Shown in pieces: positions 27,442 through 37,508 of a stretch of 64,000 nt of DNA. The translations under genes and the position numbers were made by a program. A model generated the notes under the pieces. That model was not told the DNA's origin and searched no databases. It saw nothing but the letters and a program-made list of their open reading frames with translations. Source of the stretch: Gemmatimonadales bacterium (GTDB taxonomy: Bacteria > Gemmatimonadota > Gemmatimonadetes > Gemmatimonadales > GWC2-71-9); the NCBI GenBank assembly GCA_041577295.1, contig JBFGJG010000019.1, forward strand, positions 1 through 64,000, given 5' to 3'. The stretch's first letter is position 1; each line of letters begins with the position of its first letter.

Positions 27442-28620
27442 TCACGGCTCACCACTCCGTTCGAAGCGAGACAGGCGATACTCGCGTAGCAGATCGACCT
27501 GCGTATCGTCGAGAATCTCCACGGCGGCGAGGTGCCCGATGAGCGGTGCCAGGGTAATGCCACTGTGCATGACTGCGAGATAAACGTCCGGGGCTGCGGG
27601 TGAGAAGCCGACGATGGGGTACTCGTCCACCGGTAACGGTCGCCAACCCAGGGTCACACGCTCCAGCGGGATATTGCGGAGTTTGGGTAGGAACTTCGCG
27701 GCGTCTTCCAGGATGGTCTCTCCCCGGTCGCGCGAGGCTTCTGTGATTGGTGTGCCGCCAAAGCTCGAGCCGGCAACAATGCGGCCGTCGCGCTTCTGCT
27801 TGAGGTGCCCCCCAGGAGATAACACGACCCTGCCGATGAGTCGGTCCGCGGGTTGCGTGTGCGCAAGCAGTCCGGGCGAGTCCTTGAGTGGAACCGTGAG
27901 CCCCGCCATGGCCGCGAGGCGCGGCGTATCGACGCCAGCGGCGATCACGACCACGTCGGCAGGCTGATCTCCGTTCACCGTGCGCACGCCGCGCAGCTTT
28001 CCCCAACGGATGTCCAGACCGGTTACTTCGGCCGGGTACTCCACACGCGCTCCGGCCCTCCGTGCTTCCGCCAGCAGCAGTTCCGTTGCGTGGACGGGAT
28101 CGATGCTTCCCTCGTGCTCCGCAAAGGCCACCGCCAGCGCATGACCGGGTTCGACATTTGGCTCGAGGATACGAAATTCGTCCTCGTCGATGAGCCGAAC
28201 CGGATATCCCAATGCTTGATGGCGCAGTACGTCTTCCCTTAGTTGGGCGGCGTGGTCCGGTCTCCCAAACCACTGCAGGCTACCTCCCCACTGCACCTCG
28301 AGTTTGCTGTCGAGCTCCCGCTCGAGGTGCCGGTACGACAATGCGCTGAGCCGATTCAATCGATGATAGTGATAGGGCTGCTTCGAGAATGTAGCGTTGA
28401 TCCAGGCAAACGAGTTGCCAGTCGCACCGGCCGCTGGCTGCTCCTTCTCGAACACGATCACCTCGGCGCCACGACGGGCAAGATGCAGCGCGACGGAAGC
28501 ACCGAGGATCCCCCCGCCCACCACCACGATTCGACGGGGCCGCGGCGTGCGCAAACGCCATCGAGGCACACCGGTGATGGCCAATCCGCCGAACAGCTCG
28601 ATGAATTGGCGGCGTTGCAT
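27442..28620 (-). CDS. FAD-dependent oxidoreductase (DAO/glycine oxidase family), Tat-like N-terminus
   Basis: MQRRQF; 'VVGGGILG', 'GATGNSFAWIN', 'MHSGITLAP'. Confidence 0.88.
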   Translation of the reverse strand: MQRRQFIELFGGLAITGVPRWRLRTPRPRRIVVVGGGILGASVALHLARRGAEVIVFEKEQPAAGATGNSFAWINATFSKQPYHYHRLNRLSALSYRHLERELDSKLEVQWGGSLQWFGRPDHAAQLREDVLRHQALGYPVRLIDEDEFRILEPNVEPGHALAVAFAEHEGSIDPVHATELLLAEARRAGARVEYPAEVTGLDIRWGKLRGVRTVNGDQPADVVVIAAGVDTPRLAAMAGLTVPLKDSPGLLAHTQPADRLIGRVVLSPGGHLKQKRDGRIVAGSSFGGTPITEASRDRGETILEDAAKFLPKLRNIPLERVTLGWRPLPVDEYPIVGFSPAAPDVYLAVMHSGITLAPLIGHLAAVEILDDTQVDLLREYRLSRFERSGEP

Positions 28621-28769
28621 TGGCGTCCTTCCTCGTGGGGACGGAGTTAAACGACTGGGAAGTGATACGCGCACTAGGCGAGCCCGTCAACGAGAGAGTG
28701 GCGCTCACGAAAATCGACCATAGATTGGCGCACGTGCGCGTCCTCGGGCCTCGCAATCAGGAGACCATC

Positions 28770-29891
28770 ATGGACCGTCGAGACTTTCTCTTTACCGGTA
28801 CCGCCCTTGGGGTGTTGGGGTTGAGTGGAGTGCGCCCCGCCGTCGCCGTCCCAGCGCTCCCCAAACCCCGTCCGTCGGACACGCTGCTGCTGAATTCCAA
28901 CGAGAACCCGCTGGGCCTGTCCCCCGCGGCCCGAAAGGCCGTCATCGACGGCATCGCCCAGGCCAACCGTTACCCAGACGACTCCGAGAATCGACTCCTG
29001 GAGACGTTGGCGATCACCAACGGAGTGACGAAGGACCAGATCGTCCTTGGGGCGGGATCGACGGAGGTCCTGCAGATGCTGGTGCAGGCCACCGCCATCG
29101 CAGGTGGGACAGTGATCATGCCGAATCCCACCTTCGAAGACGTGGAACGTTATGCAGCCCCGTTTCCCGCGAACATCGTCAAGATTCCTCTCGACGACCA
29201 GCACGCGCACAACATCGATCAGATGCGCGGGCGAGCCGAGCGCGCTGCCCGACCCGTGCTGGTGTACATCTGTAATCCCAACAACCCAACGGGTACGGTC
29301 ACGCCGTCGCGGCTGATCGATGAATGGATCGACCAGGCGCCGGGCGCCACGACGTTTCTGGTGGATGAGGCATACTTCGAGTACGTCGATGACCCGCGGT
29401 ATTGGGCCAGCCTCCGTTGGGTGGCGAGCCGACCCAACGTCGTGGTGGTTCGCACGTTCTCGAAGATCTATGGCATGGCGGGGTTGCGGGTTGGCTACGG
29501 GATCAGCCACGCCGAGACCGCCGCGAAGATGCGCAGGTTCATCAGTGGCAACAACACGAATCACCTGGGTCTCGTGGCTGCACTGGCGTCAATGGGCGAC
29601 GCGGAGCTGGTGAGCCGCGGCCGCGCCAGCAACACCAAAGCAAAACAGATCCTCCACAAGTCGCTCGAGCAGCTCGGGCTGCCGTACATGCCGAGCAATA
29701 CCAACTTCGTCATGCATCGGATCAACGGTGATCTGGAGACCTACATCCGTCGGATGCGTGAGCGGGGCGTCCGCGTTGGGCGTCCGTTTCCTCCTCTGGT
29801 GGGTTACAATCGCTTGTCGATAGGCCTGCCCGACGAGATGGAACGATTCAGCCAGATCCTGCGGGAATTCCGTAGCAAGGGATGGATTTGA
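28770..29891 (+). CDS. PLP aminotransferase (HisC-like) with Tat signal
   Basis: MDRRDFL; 'NSNENP', 'CNPNNPTG', 'DEAY', 'RTFSKIYGMAGLRVG'. Confidence 0.9.
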   Translation: MDRRDFLFTGTALGVLGLSGVRPAVAVPALPKPRPSDTLLLNSNENPLGLSPAARKAVIDGIAQANRYPDDSENRLLETLAITNGVTKDQIVLGAGSTEVLQMLVQATAIAGGTVIMPNPTFEDVERYAAPFPANIVKIPLDDQHAHNIDQMRGRAERAARPVLVYICNPNNPTGTVTPSRLIDEWIDQAPGATTFLVDEAYFEYVDDPRYWASLRWVASRPNVVVVRTFSKIYGMAGLRVGYGISHAETAAKMRRFISGNNTNHLGLVAALASMGDAELVSRGRASNTKAKQILHKSLEQLGLPYMPSNTNFVMHRINGDLETYIRRMRERGVRVGRPFPPLVGYNRLSIGLPDEMERFSQILREFRSKGWI

Positions 29892-30937
29892 TTCGAGGAA
29901 ATAGAGGGGGTAGTTCTCCGTATCTGCGGATGGGCGTTTGTATGTTCCTGACGCTTTGCGGGTGTGGCTCTGGTGAAGAACGACCGGGCGTTTCCGAGAG
30001 CGGGGAGCTGGGGGAGGTTCGGCTGTACGCGGTGGATCGGTACGAAGGTGTTTTCCAACTCGATCCGCATACGCTGGCCGTGCTCGATACCATCGAGACC
30101 GGCCCGAGGCCGCACGGCATCGTGGTCTCACCGGACCGCCGCTACCTCTACATTAGCGTGGAGACGAGCAATGAGTTGCTGAAGGTGGACGTAGCGACTC
30201 ACGAGATCCTCGCCCGCGTGGACGTGGGACCGGTTCCCAACGAGCCCACCATCAGTCAGGACGGGCGGCGCGTCTTCGTGCCCCAACGCGGCGGTGACCA
30301 AACGGCCATTGTCGACACGGAAACCATGCAGGTCGTGAAGACGCTTCCCGCGGGCCGTGCGCAACACAACGCGTATACGTCGGCGGACGGCAGGCACGTC
30401 TACGTCACCTCAATGGGCGACAGCCTCCTCACCGTCATCGATCCCAAAACGTTGGAGATCAATCGAAAGATTCACGTTGGCGGCATCCCACGGCCGGTGG
30501 CGCTGACCAAGGACAACACGCGTGCGTATGTCGCGCTCTCCAATCTGATTGGGTTCGTGACCGTTGATCTTGCCACGGATCAGGTGGTCCAGCGTCTCGA
30601 GTTGCCCATTCCCGCGGGAACACCACCACCGCCGCTCGATACCTACACGCACGGGGTGTTGCTCACGCCCAACGAACGGGAGCTGTGGATCGCCGTCTAC
30701 GCGACGGACAAGGTGCTCGGGTTCACGATGCCCGAACGGGAGCAGTTCGCGGACGTTACTGTGGGGGGTGGACCCCACTGGTTCACGTTACACCCTGACG
30801 GGGAGCCGCTGTACGTGAGCCTCGAGCGGGGTGGGAGCGTCGCCGCGATCCATCGCGGTCTGCGTGAAGTGCTCACGAAAGCCATCGTCGGTCAGGCTCC
30901 CACCCGTATCCTAGCGTTTCGCGTTCCCGTCGAGTGA
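29882..30937 (+). CDS. YncE/YVTN beta-propeller, probable lipoprotein
   Basis: Repeats such as 'IETGPRPHGIVVSPDRRYLY' and 'VGGIPRPVALTKD'; start uncertain. Confidence 0.85.
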   Translation: MDLIRGNRGGSSPYLRMGVCMFLTLCGCGSGEERPGVSESGELGEVRLYAVDRYEGVFQLDPHTLAVLDTIETGPRPHGIVVSPDRRYLYISVETSNELLKVDVATHEILARVDVGPVPNEPTISQDGRRVFVPQRGGDQTAIVDTETMQVVKTLPAGRAQHNAYTSADGRHVYVTSMGDSLLTVIDPKTLEINRKIHVGGIPRPVALTKDNTRAYVALSNLIGFVTVDLATDQVVQRLELPIPAGTPPPPLDTYTHGVLLTPNERELWIAVYATDKVLGFTMPEREQFADVTVGGGPHWFTLHPDGEPLYVSLERGGSVAAIHRGLREVLTKAIVGQAPTRILAFRVPVE

Positions 30938-31785
30938 ACATTCGCGTCGTCTCGGTCCCTTACGACTCGGGGCGGCGCAGCTTTCGCATGGGCCGTGGCC
31001 CGGAGCATCTCGTTCGAAACGGGTTGCTCGATCGCCTCGAGACTGCCGGTCACGCGATCGACTTTCGGGAGATTGTCATCGACGAGCCGAGGGTTCCGTC
31101 CGATATTGGCTCGGCCATGGCGCTCAACCGCCTGCTCGCTAATGCGGTCGCACCCCACACAGTTGCACTCGTTTTGGCCGGCAACTGCATTACCAGTCAA
31201 GGGGCCCTCGCCGGCCTCGGCTCCAAGGATCTTGGAGTTGTCTGGTTCGACAGCCACGGAGACCTCAATACGCCAGACTCGACGACCAGCGGATTTCTCG
31301 ATGGCATGGCACTGTCGGTGATCGCCGGACGCTGTTGGAAAGCGGTCTCGCAAACGGTGAATGGGTGGGTTCCCGTCGAGGAAAGCCGCATCGTGCTGGT
31401 TGGTGCGCGTGACCTGGACCCCCCCGAAGAGGCCTACCTTCGTGCATCAGCCATCACCCACGTGCCCACCGATGCGATCCTCACCCAAGGCGTCCGCGCG
31501 GGCCTGTCATCGGTGTTGGATGCGTTGGCCGAGCGCGTGTCGGCGTTTTACGTCCATCTCGACTTGGACGTCATCGATCCAGGCTCGGCCCGGGTGAATG
31601 AATATCAGGCCTCGGGTGGGTTGGACGTGGACACACTTCTCGAGTGTCTAGAGTTGATTGCCGCCCGCCAACCGGTGTCCGGTGCAGCGCTCACAGCCTA
31701 CGACCCGAACTGTGACGATGACGGCCGTGCGTTGCGGGCGGCGTTTCGTGCGGTGGAAGTGTTGGTAAACGGCAGCCGAGGGTAA
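30934..31785 (+). CDS. Arginase/ureohydrolase-family protein
   Basis: 'WFDSHGDLNTP..SGFLDGM', 'HLDLDVID'. Confidence 0.88.
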   Translation: MNIRVVSVPYDSGRRSFRMGRGPEHLVRNGLLDRLETAGHAIDFREIVIDEPRVPSDIGSAMALNRLLANAVAPHTVALVLAGNCITSQGALAGLGSKDLGVVWFDSHGDLNTPDSTTSGFLDGMALSVIAGRCWKAVSQTVNGWVPVEESRIVLVGARDLDPPEEAYLRASAITHVPTDAILTQGVRAGLSSVLDALAERVSAFYVHLDLDVIDPGSARVNEYQASGGLDVDTLLECLELIAARQPVSGAALTAYDPNCDDDGRALRAAFRAVEVLVNGSRG

Positions 31786-31814
31786 CAGGAAACTCGGCCT
31801 TGCGACGGCTCAGG

Positions 31815-33125
31815 CTAGAGCTCCGACGAGTCGAGCGCGAGTAGCGTATTGAGGAGCACGTTGGCCCCGTTGACCAGCCCTTCGGCTTTTGTAAACTCCC
31901 GTGGCGAGTGGCTGATTCCCCCCACGCTCGGCACAAAGATCATCCCGACCGGAGCAATCTGCGCGATGCTCTGAGCATCGTGTCCCGCCCCGCTGGGCAT
32001 CCGCTGATGGGTGAGAGTGAGATCGTCCGCCACCCCATCGATGATCTCGCGGATTCCGGGATCGGTGGGCGCGGGCGGTGTGTTGATATCGGTATCGGTG
32101 ATGGTAAATCGCGTGCCACTCGCGCTTCCGATGCGGCGCGCCTCAGCCTCGATCTCGCGAAAGAGTCGTTCGATCTTTGCGGCATCGAGGTCCCGAATCT
32201 CGAGACTGACCGTGACGCGTCCCGGAATCACGTTTGGCGCGCCAGGATGTGCCTGGATACGGCCAACCGTCCCCACCTGACGGCCCGGGACGCTGGTCAC
32301 GATTCGATTGACAGCCTCGATGAACTTCGCTGCGGCGAGTAGCGCGTCCCGACGCTGATCCATGGGAGTGGTGCCGGCGTGGTTCGCGAAGCCCTCGATC
32401 TGGACATTCCACCAGCGAATGGAGACGATGCCTTCGACGACCCCGATGTCGATCCCAAGTCGGTCCAGCTCCGCTCCTTGCTCGATGTGCAACTCGAGAT
32501 ATGCTTTGACGTCCCCACGCTTGCGGACCGCGGCTTGGAGGCTGTCCGGATTCCCTCCGAGGACCCTGATACCCTCCCGGATGGTCGGACCGTTTTGGCT
32601 GCGCTGGTCCAGCACAGACGGTGGCAACGTGTCCACCATGAGGCTACTCCCAATGAGACCACCCTCCTCGTTTTGAAAGATCACGACGTCGATGGGGTGG
32701 CGGGTGCGAATCTCACGGTCCATGAGCGTCCATGCGGCCTCGAGTGCACCCATCGAGCCAACGTTGCCGTCGTAATTCCCGCCATCCGGAACCGAGTCGA
32801 TGTGCGATCCGATGAGAAGCACGGGAAGCGTGTTGTCACGACCGACGCGCCTGCCCAGGATATTACCGGCCGCGTCGATGCGGACATCGAGTCCGGCCTC
32901 GTGCATCAGGTCCATGACGAAGCGTCGGCCTGCGATGTCGGCGTCACTGTACGCGACGCGAGAGACCCCGCCGGCGGGTGTCTTGCCAAAGGCCGAGAGC
33001 GCCTGAAAGTGGCGAAGGAGCCTTTCGCCATTCACGCGAACAGGCTCCGCATCTTGCTGACGGTGCTCGATGAGCGTGAACCCTGCCAGCGCGGCGAGCG
33101 TGCCGCCGAAGTCGCGTCGATTCAT
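31815..33125 (-). CDS. M20 Zn hydrolase (N-carbamoyl-L-amino-acid/allantoate amidohydrolase type), Tat-like
   Basis: MNRRDF; 'GSHIDSVPDGGNYDG', 'NEEG', 'ELHIEQG', 'SGAGHDA'. Confidence 0.92.
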   Translation of the reverse strand: MNRRDFGGTLAALAGFTLIEHRQQDAEPVRVNGERLLRHFQALSAFGKTPAGGVSRVAYSDADIAGRRFVMDLMHEAGLDVRIDAAGNILGRRVGRDNTLPVLLIGSHIDSVPDGGNYDGNVGSMGALEAAWTLMDREIRTRHPIDVVIFQNEEGGLIGSSLMVDTLPPSVLDQRSQNGPTIREGIRVLGGNPDSLQAAVRKRGDVKAYLELHIEQGAELDRLGIDIGVVEGIVSIRWWNVQIEGFANHAGTTPMDQRRDALLAAAKFIEAVNRIVTSVPGRQVGTVGRIQAHPGAPNVIPGRVTVSLEIRDLDAAKIERLFREIEAEARRIGSASGTRFTITDTDINTPPAPTDPGIREIIDGVADDLTLTHQRMPSGAGHDAQSIAQIAPVGMIFVPSVGGISHSPREFTKAEGLVNGANVLLNTLLALDSSEL

Positions 33126-33251
33126 GGCGCATACAGTATGGGCTAATTGGCGTTGCGTGCAAGCGCGTCCCGATGGTAACCTTGGCACGGCGTCTCTAAG
33201 CTTCTGAACGGGCGCTCTCACCAAAGCCCAAAATCGCTACGCTGCGTCAAG

Positions 33252-36119
33252 GTGAATGTCGTCATGCGTATCTCGACCTCTCTCATCTGGTTGATTCTGG
33301 CTGGTGGCCTGTCGTTGCCCGGTTCGCGGGATGCGCTCGTGGGGCAGGAGCTTCCGACCATTCCGGCGGACCGGTGTCGCTCGGAAAATGACGCTCGTCT
33401 CGCGTTTGGGTTGTGCCCTGGGGAGACCTTCGATTTCTACGCGAGCGGTCCGTACCGTGAGGGGATACCCCGGCCCGAAGACGTGTTGCGGTATCCGATC
33501 GGAAGCTGGCACACGACGTACGGTCGGATGGAGCGCTACCTCGACGCGCTCCAGCGAGCGACCCCAGCCCGTGTGCGTGTGATCGATTATGGAACGAGCG
33601 TTGAGCACCAAACGATGCACTTGGTGGTCGTTTCGTCGGAGGCCAACATCGCACGACTCGACGAAATTCGTGGAAATCTCGCACGTCTGGCCGATTCCCG
33701 TCGCACGACGCGGTCCGATGCCGAGCGAATCATCGCACAGACCCCAATCGTGACGTGGCTCAACGCCGCCAACGACGGAAACGAAACGGCGGCGTTCGAG
33801 GCGGCCATGCAGGTGGCCTTTCAGTTGGCGGCGGGTGAAGATCAACGAACCCGCATGTTGCGGGACAGCGCCGTCACCGTCATCAACCTGGCGCACAATC
33901 CGGAGAGTCACGAACGGCATGTAGCGTGGTACAACGCATTTGTCGTGGGCGATCCGGATCCGCTGGCGCTCGAGCACGACGCACCCTGGGGGATGAGCAC
34001 CAACAACAACCACTATCAGTTCGATCTCAATCGTGACGCACTCGGTCTCACTCAGACGGAGACGCGCGCCGTTGCGGCCGAGCTGCAGCGGTGGCGGCCA
34101 CAGGTGTTCGTCGATCTGCATGGCCAAACCACACAGTTCTTCTTTCCTCCCGCAGCACCCCCGATCATGCCGCTCTACCCTTCGTCACTCAACGAGTGGC
34201 TGGATGTGTTTGGACGTGGGAATGCGGTCGCGTTTGACGGTTATGGCTGGAGCTACTACACGCGAGACCGGTTCGACCTCTTTTATCCGGGGTACTGGGA
34301 TACGTATCCGGCGTTGCATGGCGCTACGGGGATGACCTACGAGACCGACGGTGGGGGGTACAAGGGGGCACGGTGGCGACGCGACGATGGAACGATTCTC
34401 ACGTTTGCGGATGGGATCGCGCACCATTTCGTCGCCTCGTTGGCGACTGTCGAGACCGCTGCGCGTCACCGGACACCGCGATTGATGTCCTATTTCGAGT
34501 TCTTTCAATCCGCTTTGCAGCAGGCGGGTGGTGGGCAGGTGCGGACCGTGTTCTTCTTGGCGGGCCAAAAGCCCAATAGGGCTGCGCGACTCGCAATCAC
34601 ACTATTGCGGCATGGCATCGAGGTGGGGCGCTCCCAGCGAGCAACGCGGGTCACCGTCACGCGTTTCGCCACCGGACAGCAGGAGCAAGTCGACGTGCCG
34701 GTAGGAGCGTATGTGGTCGACCTCGCTCAGCCAAACGGTCGGCTCGCGGCGACGTTGCTGGCCCCGGACATTCCAGTGCCGAACGAGTACGCCGCCGCCG
34801 AGTTGGCGAGGTTTGCCCGGAATGCACGTCGCGCACCGGACGAGCAGGAGCGCTACACCTTTTACGACGTGACCGCTTGGAACCTCCCGCTCGCGGCAGG
34901 AGTCGACGGTTTCTGGAGTACGCAACCGCTCGATCTCGGTGCGACACCGCTCAGCGTCTCGGATGAGCAGCGTAAGGCTGCCGGTGGATGGCTCAGCGAA
35001 CGGCACACTGAGGTCGGTGGAGGCGTGTCCGGTACGGCGCAGAGCGCATACGTCTGGTCACCCGGCGATCCGGGGGCTTATCGTCTCCTTGCGAACCTGC
35101 TGGATGAGGGGTTCAACATCGCAGTCGCGGCACGCCCCATCGTCGTGGATGGGCGTGAATTCCCACGCGGAGCCATGGTGGCGCGCGTGGGCCGGAATTC
35201 CGAGGAGCTGCACGAACGGATCGCGGCGCTCTCGCGTTCCGCGGGTGTCATGGCGCTTTCCGCACGGAGCGCGTTTCCCGATCGCGGGCAGGCCGGCACG
35301 GGATCCGATGATACCCGCTCATTGAAGGCGCCCCGTGTAGCGCTGTTGGCCGGGGACGGCGTGCGAGTGACGTCGTATGGCCACATCTGGTTCGAGCTCG
35401 AGCGCCGAATCGGCTATCCCTTTACTCCGGTGCGGGCCACTGATGTTGCCCGTGCTGACATCGACCATTTCGATGTCATTGTGATTCCGGAAGGTTCCTA
35501 CGACAACGCACTGGGCGAGCGCGGCACCGACAAGTTGCGAGATTGGGCGCGCCGCGGCGGCACCATCGTCGGAATCGGAGGGGGAGCGGCATTCGTCATG
35601 GATGGCGACTTCGGCACATCCCACGAGGCCGCCGACACCACCCGCCCGCCCACCGACACGATCGCCGCGATCCTGCGGACTATCGATGCCGCCGCGCCCC
35701 CGGCGACGGTCCTCCCGCCCACGATGAGCCCCGATGCCCGGCCGCATGCGCCGCAACGGGTTCCCGGTAGTTTCCTCCGCGCCCGCGTCGACAGGACGCA
35801 TTGGCTCACGGTTGGCTACGAACAAGATGAGCTACCCGTGTTCATGCGATCCCTTCCGCTGAGGACCTCCAAGAGCGGTACGAATCCCGTTGTCTTTGCA
35901 ACAGACGCCCCGCTGGTCATCGCTGGCTTCTCGTGGCCCGACAACACCGATCGAACCTATCGAGGAAAGCCGTATGTGACCGTCGATGCGGTGGGCAATG
36001 GTCGTATTATCCTCTTCGCCGAAGATCCACTATATCGAGGAGTGTACGACAGTGGTGCGGGGTTATTCTTCAATGCCATCTTCCTCGGTGCGCCCATGCG
36101 GCGCGATGCTGACAATTAG
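33252..36119 (+). CDS. Secreted M14 zinc carboxypeptidase-like protein
   Basis: 'DGNE', 'NHYQFDLNRD', 'DLHG', 'FYPGYWDTYP', 'GMTYE'; C-terminal GATase-like domain. Confidence 0.88.
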   Translation: MNVVMRISTSLIWLILAGGLSLPGSRDALVGQELPTIPADRCRSENDARLAFGLCPGETFDFYASGPYREGIPRPEDVLRYPIGSWHTTYGRMERYLDALQRATPARVRVIDYGTSVEHQTMHLVVVSSEANIARLDEIRGNLARLADSRRTTRSDAERIIAQTPIVTWLNAANDGNETAAFEAAMQVAFQLAAGEDQRTRMLRDSAVTVINLAHNPESHERHVAWYNAFVVGDPDPLALEHDAPWGMSTNNNHYQFDLNRDALGLTQTETRAVAAELQRWRPQVFVDLHGQTTQFFFPPAAPPIMPLYPSSLNEWLDVFGRGNAVAFDGYGWSYYTRDRFDLFYPGYWDTYPALHGATGMTYETDGGGYKGARWRRDDGTILTFADGIAHHFVASLATVETAARHRTPRLMSYFEFFQSALQQAGGGQVRTVFFLAGQKPNRAARLAITLLRHGIEVGRSQRATRVTVTRFATGQQEQVDVPVGAYVVDLAQPNGRLAATLLAPDIPVPNEYAAAELARFARNARRAPDEQERYTFYDVTAWNLPLAAGVDGFWSTQPLDLGATPLSVSDEQRKAAGGWLSERHTEVGGGVSGTAQSAYVWSPGDPGAYRLLANLLDEGFNIAVAARPIVVDGREFPRGAMVARVGRNSEELHERIAALSRSAGVMALSARSAFPDRGQAGTGSDDTRSLKAPRVALLAGDGVRVTSYGHIWFELERRIGYPFTPVRATDVARADIDHFDVIVIPEGSYDNALGERGTDKLRDWARRGGTIVGIGGGAAFVMDGDFGTSHEAADTTRPPTDTIAAILRTIDAAAPPATVLPPTMSPDARPHAPQRVPGSFLRARVDRTHWLTVGYEQDELPVFMRSLPLRTSKSGTNPVVFATDAPLVIAGFSWPDNTDRTYRGKPYVTVDAVGNGRIILFAEDPLYRGVYDSGAGLFFNAIFLGAPMRRDADN

Positions 36120-36172
36120 AGGTACGAAATGGTCATGATTCCTTACTCCTCATCTCTTACTCCTCGCACCTT

Positions 36173-37483
36173 TTGGGGCTGAGTCGCAGGACGTTCACGT
36201 TCGCGGCTGGTGTGGGGTTGGGCGGATTGGTGCTGCGCGATCGGCGCTGGCCGTTGCGGCTCCCGCGGATGCAGATCGACGGTGACCGGGTGCTGCGTCA
36301 CCTCAGGGGACTCGCCGCTTTTGGCAGGACCCCGGAGGGTGGCGCCAACCGCCTCGCATTCAGCGACGCGGACAAGGCCGCGCGCGAGTACGTCCTCGGC
36401 TTGATGAGCGGGGCAGGCCTTACCACAGCAGTGGACGCCGCTGGGAACCTCATCGGTCGTCGCCCAGGGAGCCAGGATGCTCCACCGGTCATGTTCGGTT
36501 CCCACATCGATTCCGTTCCCGGCGGTGGAAACTACGATGGCCCAGTCGGCGCAATCGGAGCCATCGAAGTTGCCCAATCTTTGGCGGAGCAGGGCATCCG
36601 CACGCGTCATCCCCTCGAGGTCGTGGTCTTCAGCAATGAGGAAGGTGGAAAGACGGGGAGTCGCGCACTCAGCGGTGAGGTCGAGTCGCGAGAGCTCGAG
36701 CTGATGACCGCGAGCGGGAAGACCATCGGGGAGGGACTCGCGTTCATCGGTGGCAATCCCGCCGCACTGGACGCGGTGCGACGGCAGCCCGGGTCTGTCG
36801 CCGCGTACCTGGAACTGCACGTCGAACAGGGAGCCATTCTCGAGTCACAAGAGATCGACATCGGTGTTGTAGAGGGAATCGTCGGCATCAAGCGGTGGAA
36901 CGTGACCGTGACGGGGTTTGCCAATCACGCCGGGACGACACCGATGAACCAACGCCGAGATGCACTCCTGGCAGCCGCGCAGTTCATTTGGACGGCCAAC
37001 CGAGCGGCCGTAGAGCGTCCCGGCCGCCAGGTGGCGACCGTCGGTCGGCTCGAGGTAGAACCCGGCGCTCCCAACGTGATCCCAGGGGAAGTGTTGCTCA
37101 GTCTCGAGATTCGTGACCTCGAGATGGATCGCATCGACGAATTGTTCGGTGACATGCAGCTCGAAGCGATGCGGATCGCGGAAGAGACCGGGACGACGTT
37201 CGCCTTCGATCAGTTCTACGTGAGCCGTGCGGCGCCAACTGACGAGCGGCTCCGGATGATCATAGAACGGTCTGCCCGCGAGCTCGATCTTTCGACACTC
37301 CGGCTTCCGAGCGGTGCCGGACACGATGCCCAGAGCATCGCCTTGCTCGGGCCGGTGGGAATGATCTTCGTCCCGAGCGTGGCAGGGATCAGTCACTCGC
37401 CCCGCGAGTTCTCGTGGCCACGGGATGTCGTGAACGGGGTGAATGTTTTGTTCCAAGCCGTTTTGGGAGCTGACACGTTATGA
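36173..37483 (+). CDS. Second M20 Zn hydrolase paralog, Tat-like
   Basis: LSRRTF; 'GSHIDSVPGGGNYDG', 'ELHVEQG', 'SGAGHDAQ'. Confidence 0.92.
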   Translation: MGLSRRTFTFAAGVGLGGLVLRDRRWPLRLPRMQIDGDRVLRHLRGLAAFGRTPEGGANRLAFSDADKAAREYVLGLMSGAGLTTAVDAAGNLIGRRPGSQDAPPVMFGSHIDSVPGGGNYDGPVGAIGAIEVAQSLAEQGIRTRHPLEVVVFSNEEGGKTGSRALSGEVESRELELMTASGKTIGEGLAFIGGNPAALDAVRRQPGSVAAYLELHVEQGAILESQEIDIGVVEGIVGIKRWNVTVTGFANHAGTTPMNQRRDALLAAAQFIWTANRAAVERPGRQVATVGRLEVEPGAPNVIPGEVLLSLEIRDLEMDRIDELFGDMQLEAMRIAEETGTTFAFDQFYVSRAAPTDERLRMIIERSARELDLSTLRLPSGAGHDAQSIALLGPVGMIFVPSVAGISHSPREFSWPRDVVNGVNVLFQAVLGADTL

Positions 37484-37508
37484 CACGCTTCACTTGGGAG
37501 AACAGACG

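Noticed and set aside
28770..29891. hisC symbol
   Set aside because: A Tat leader and the absence of his genes argue against histidine biosynthesis
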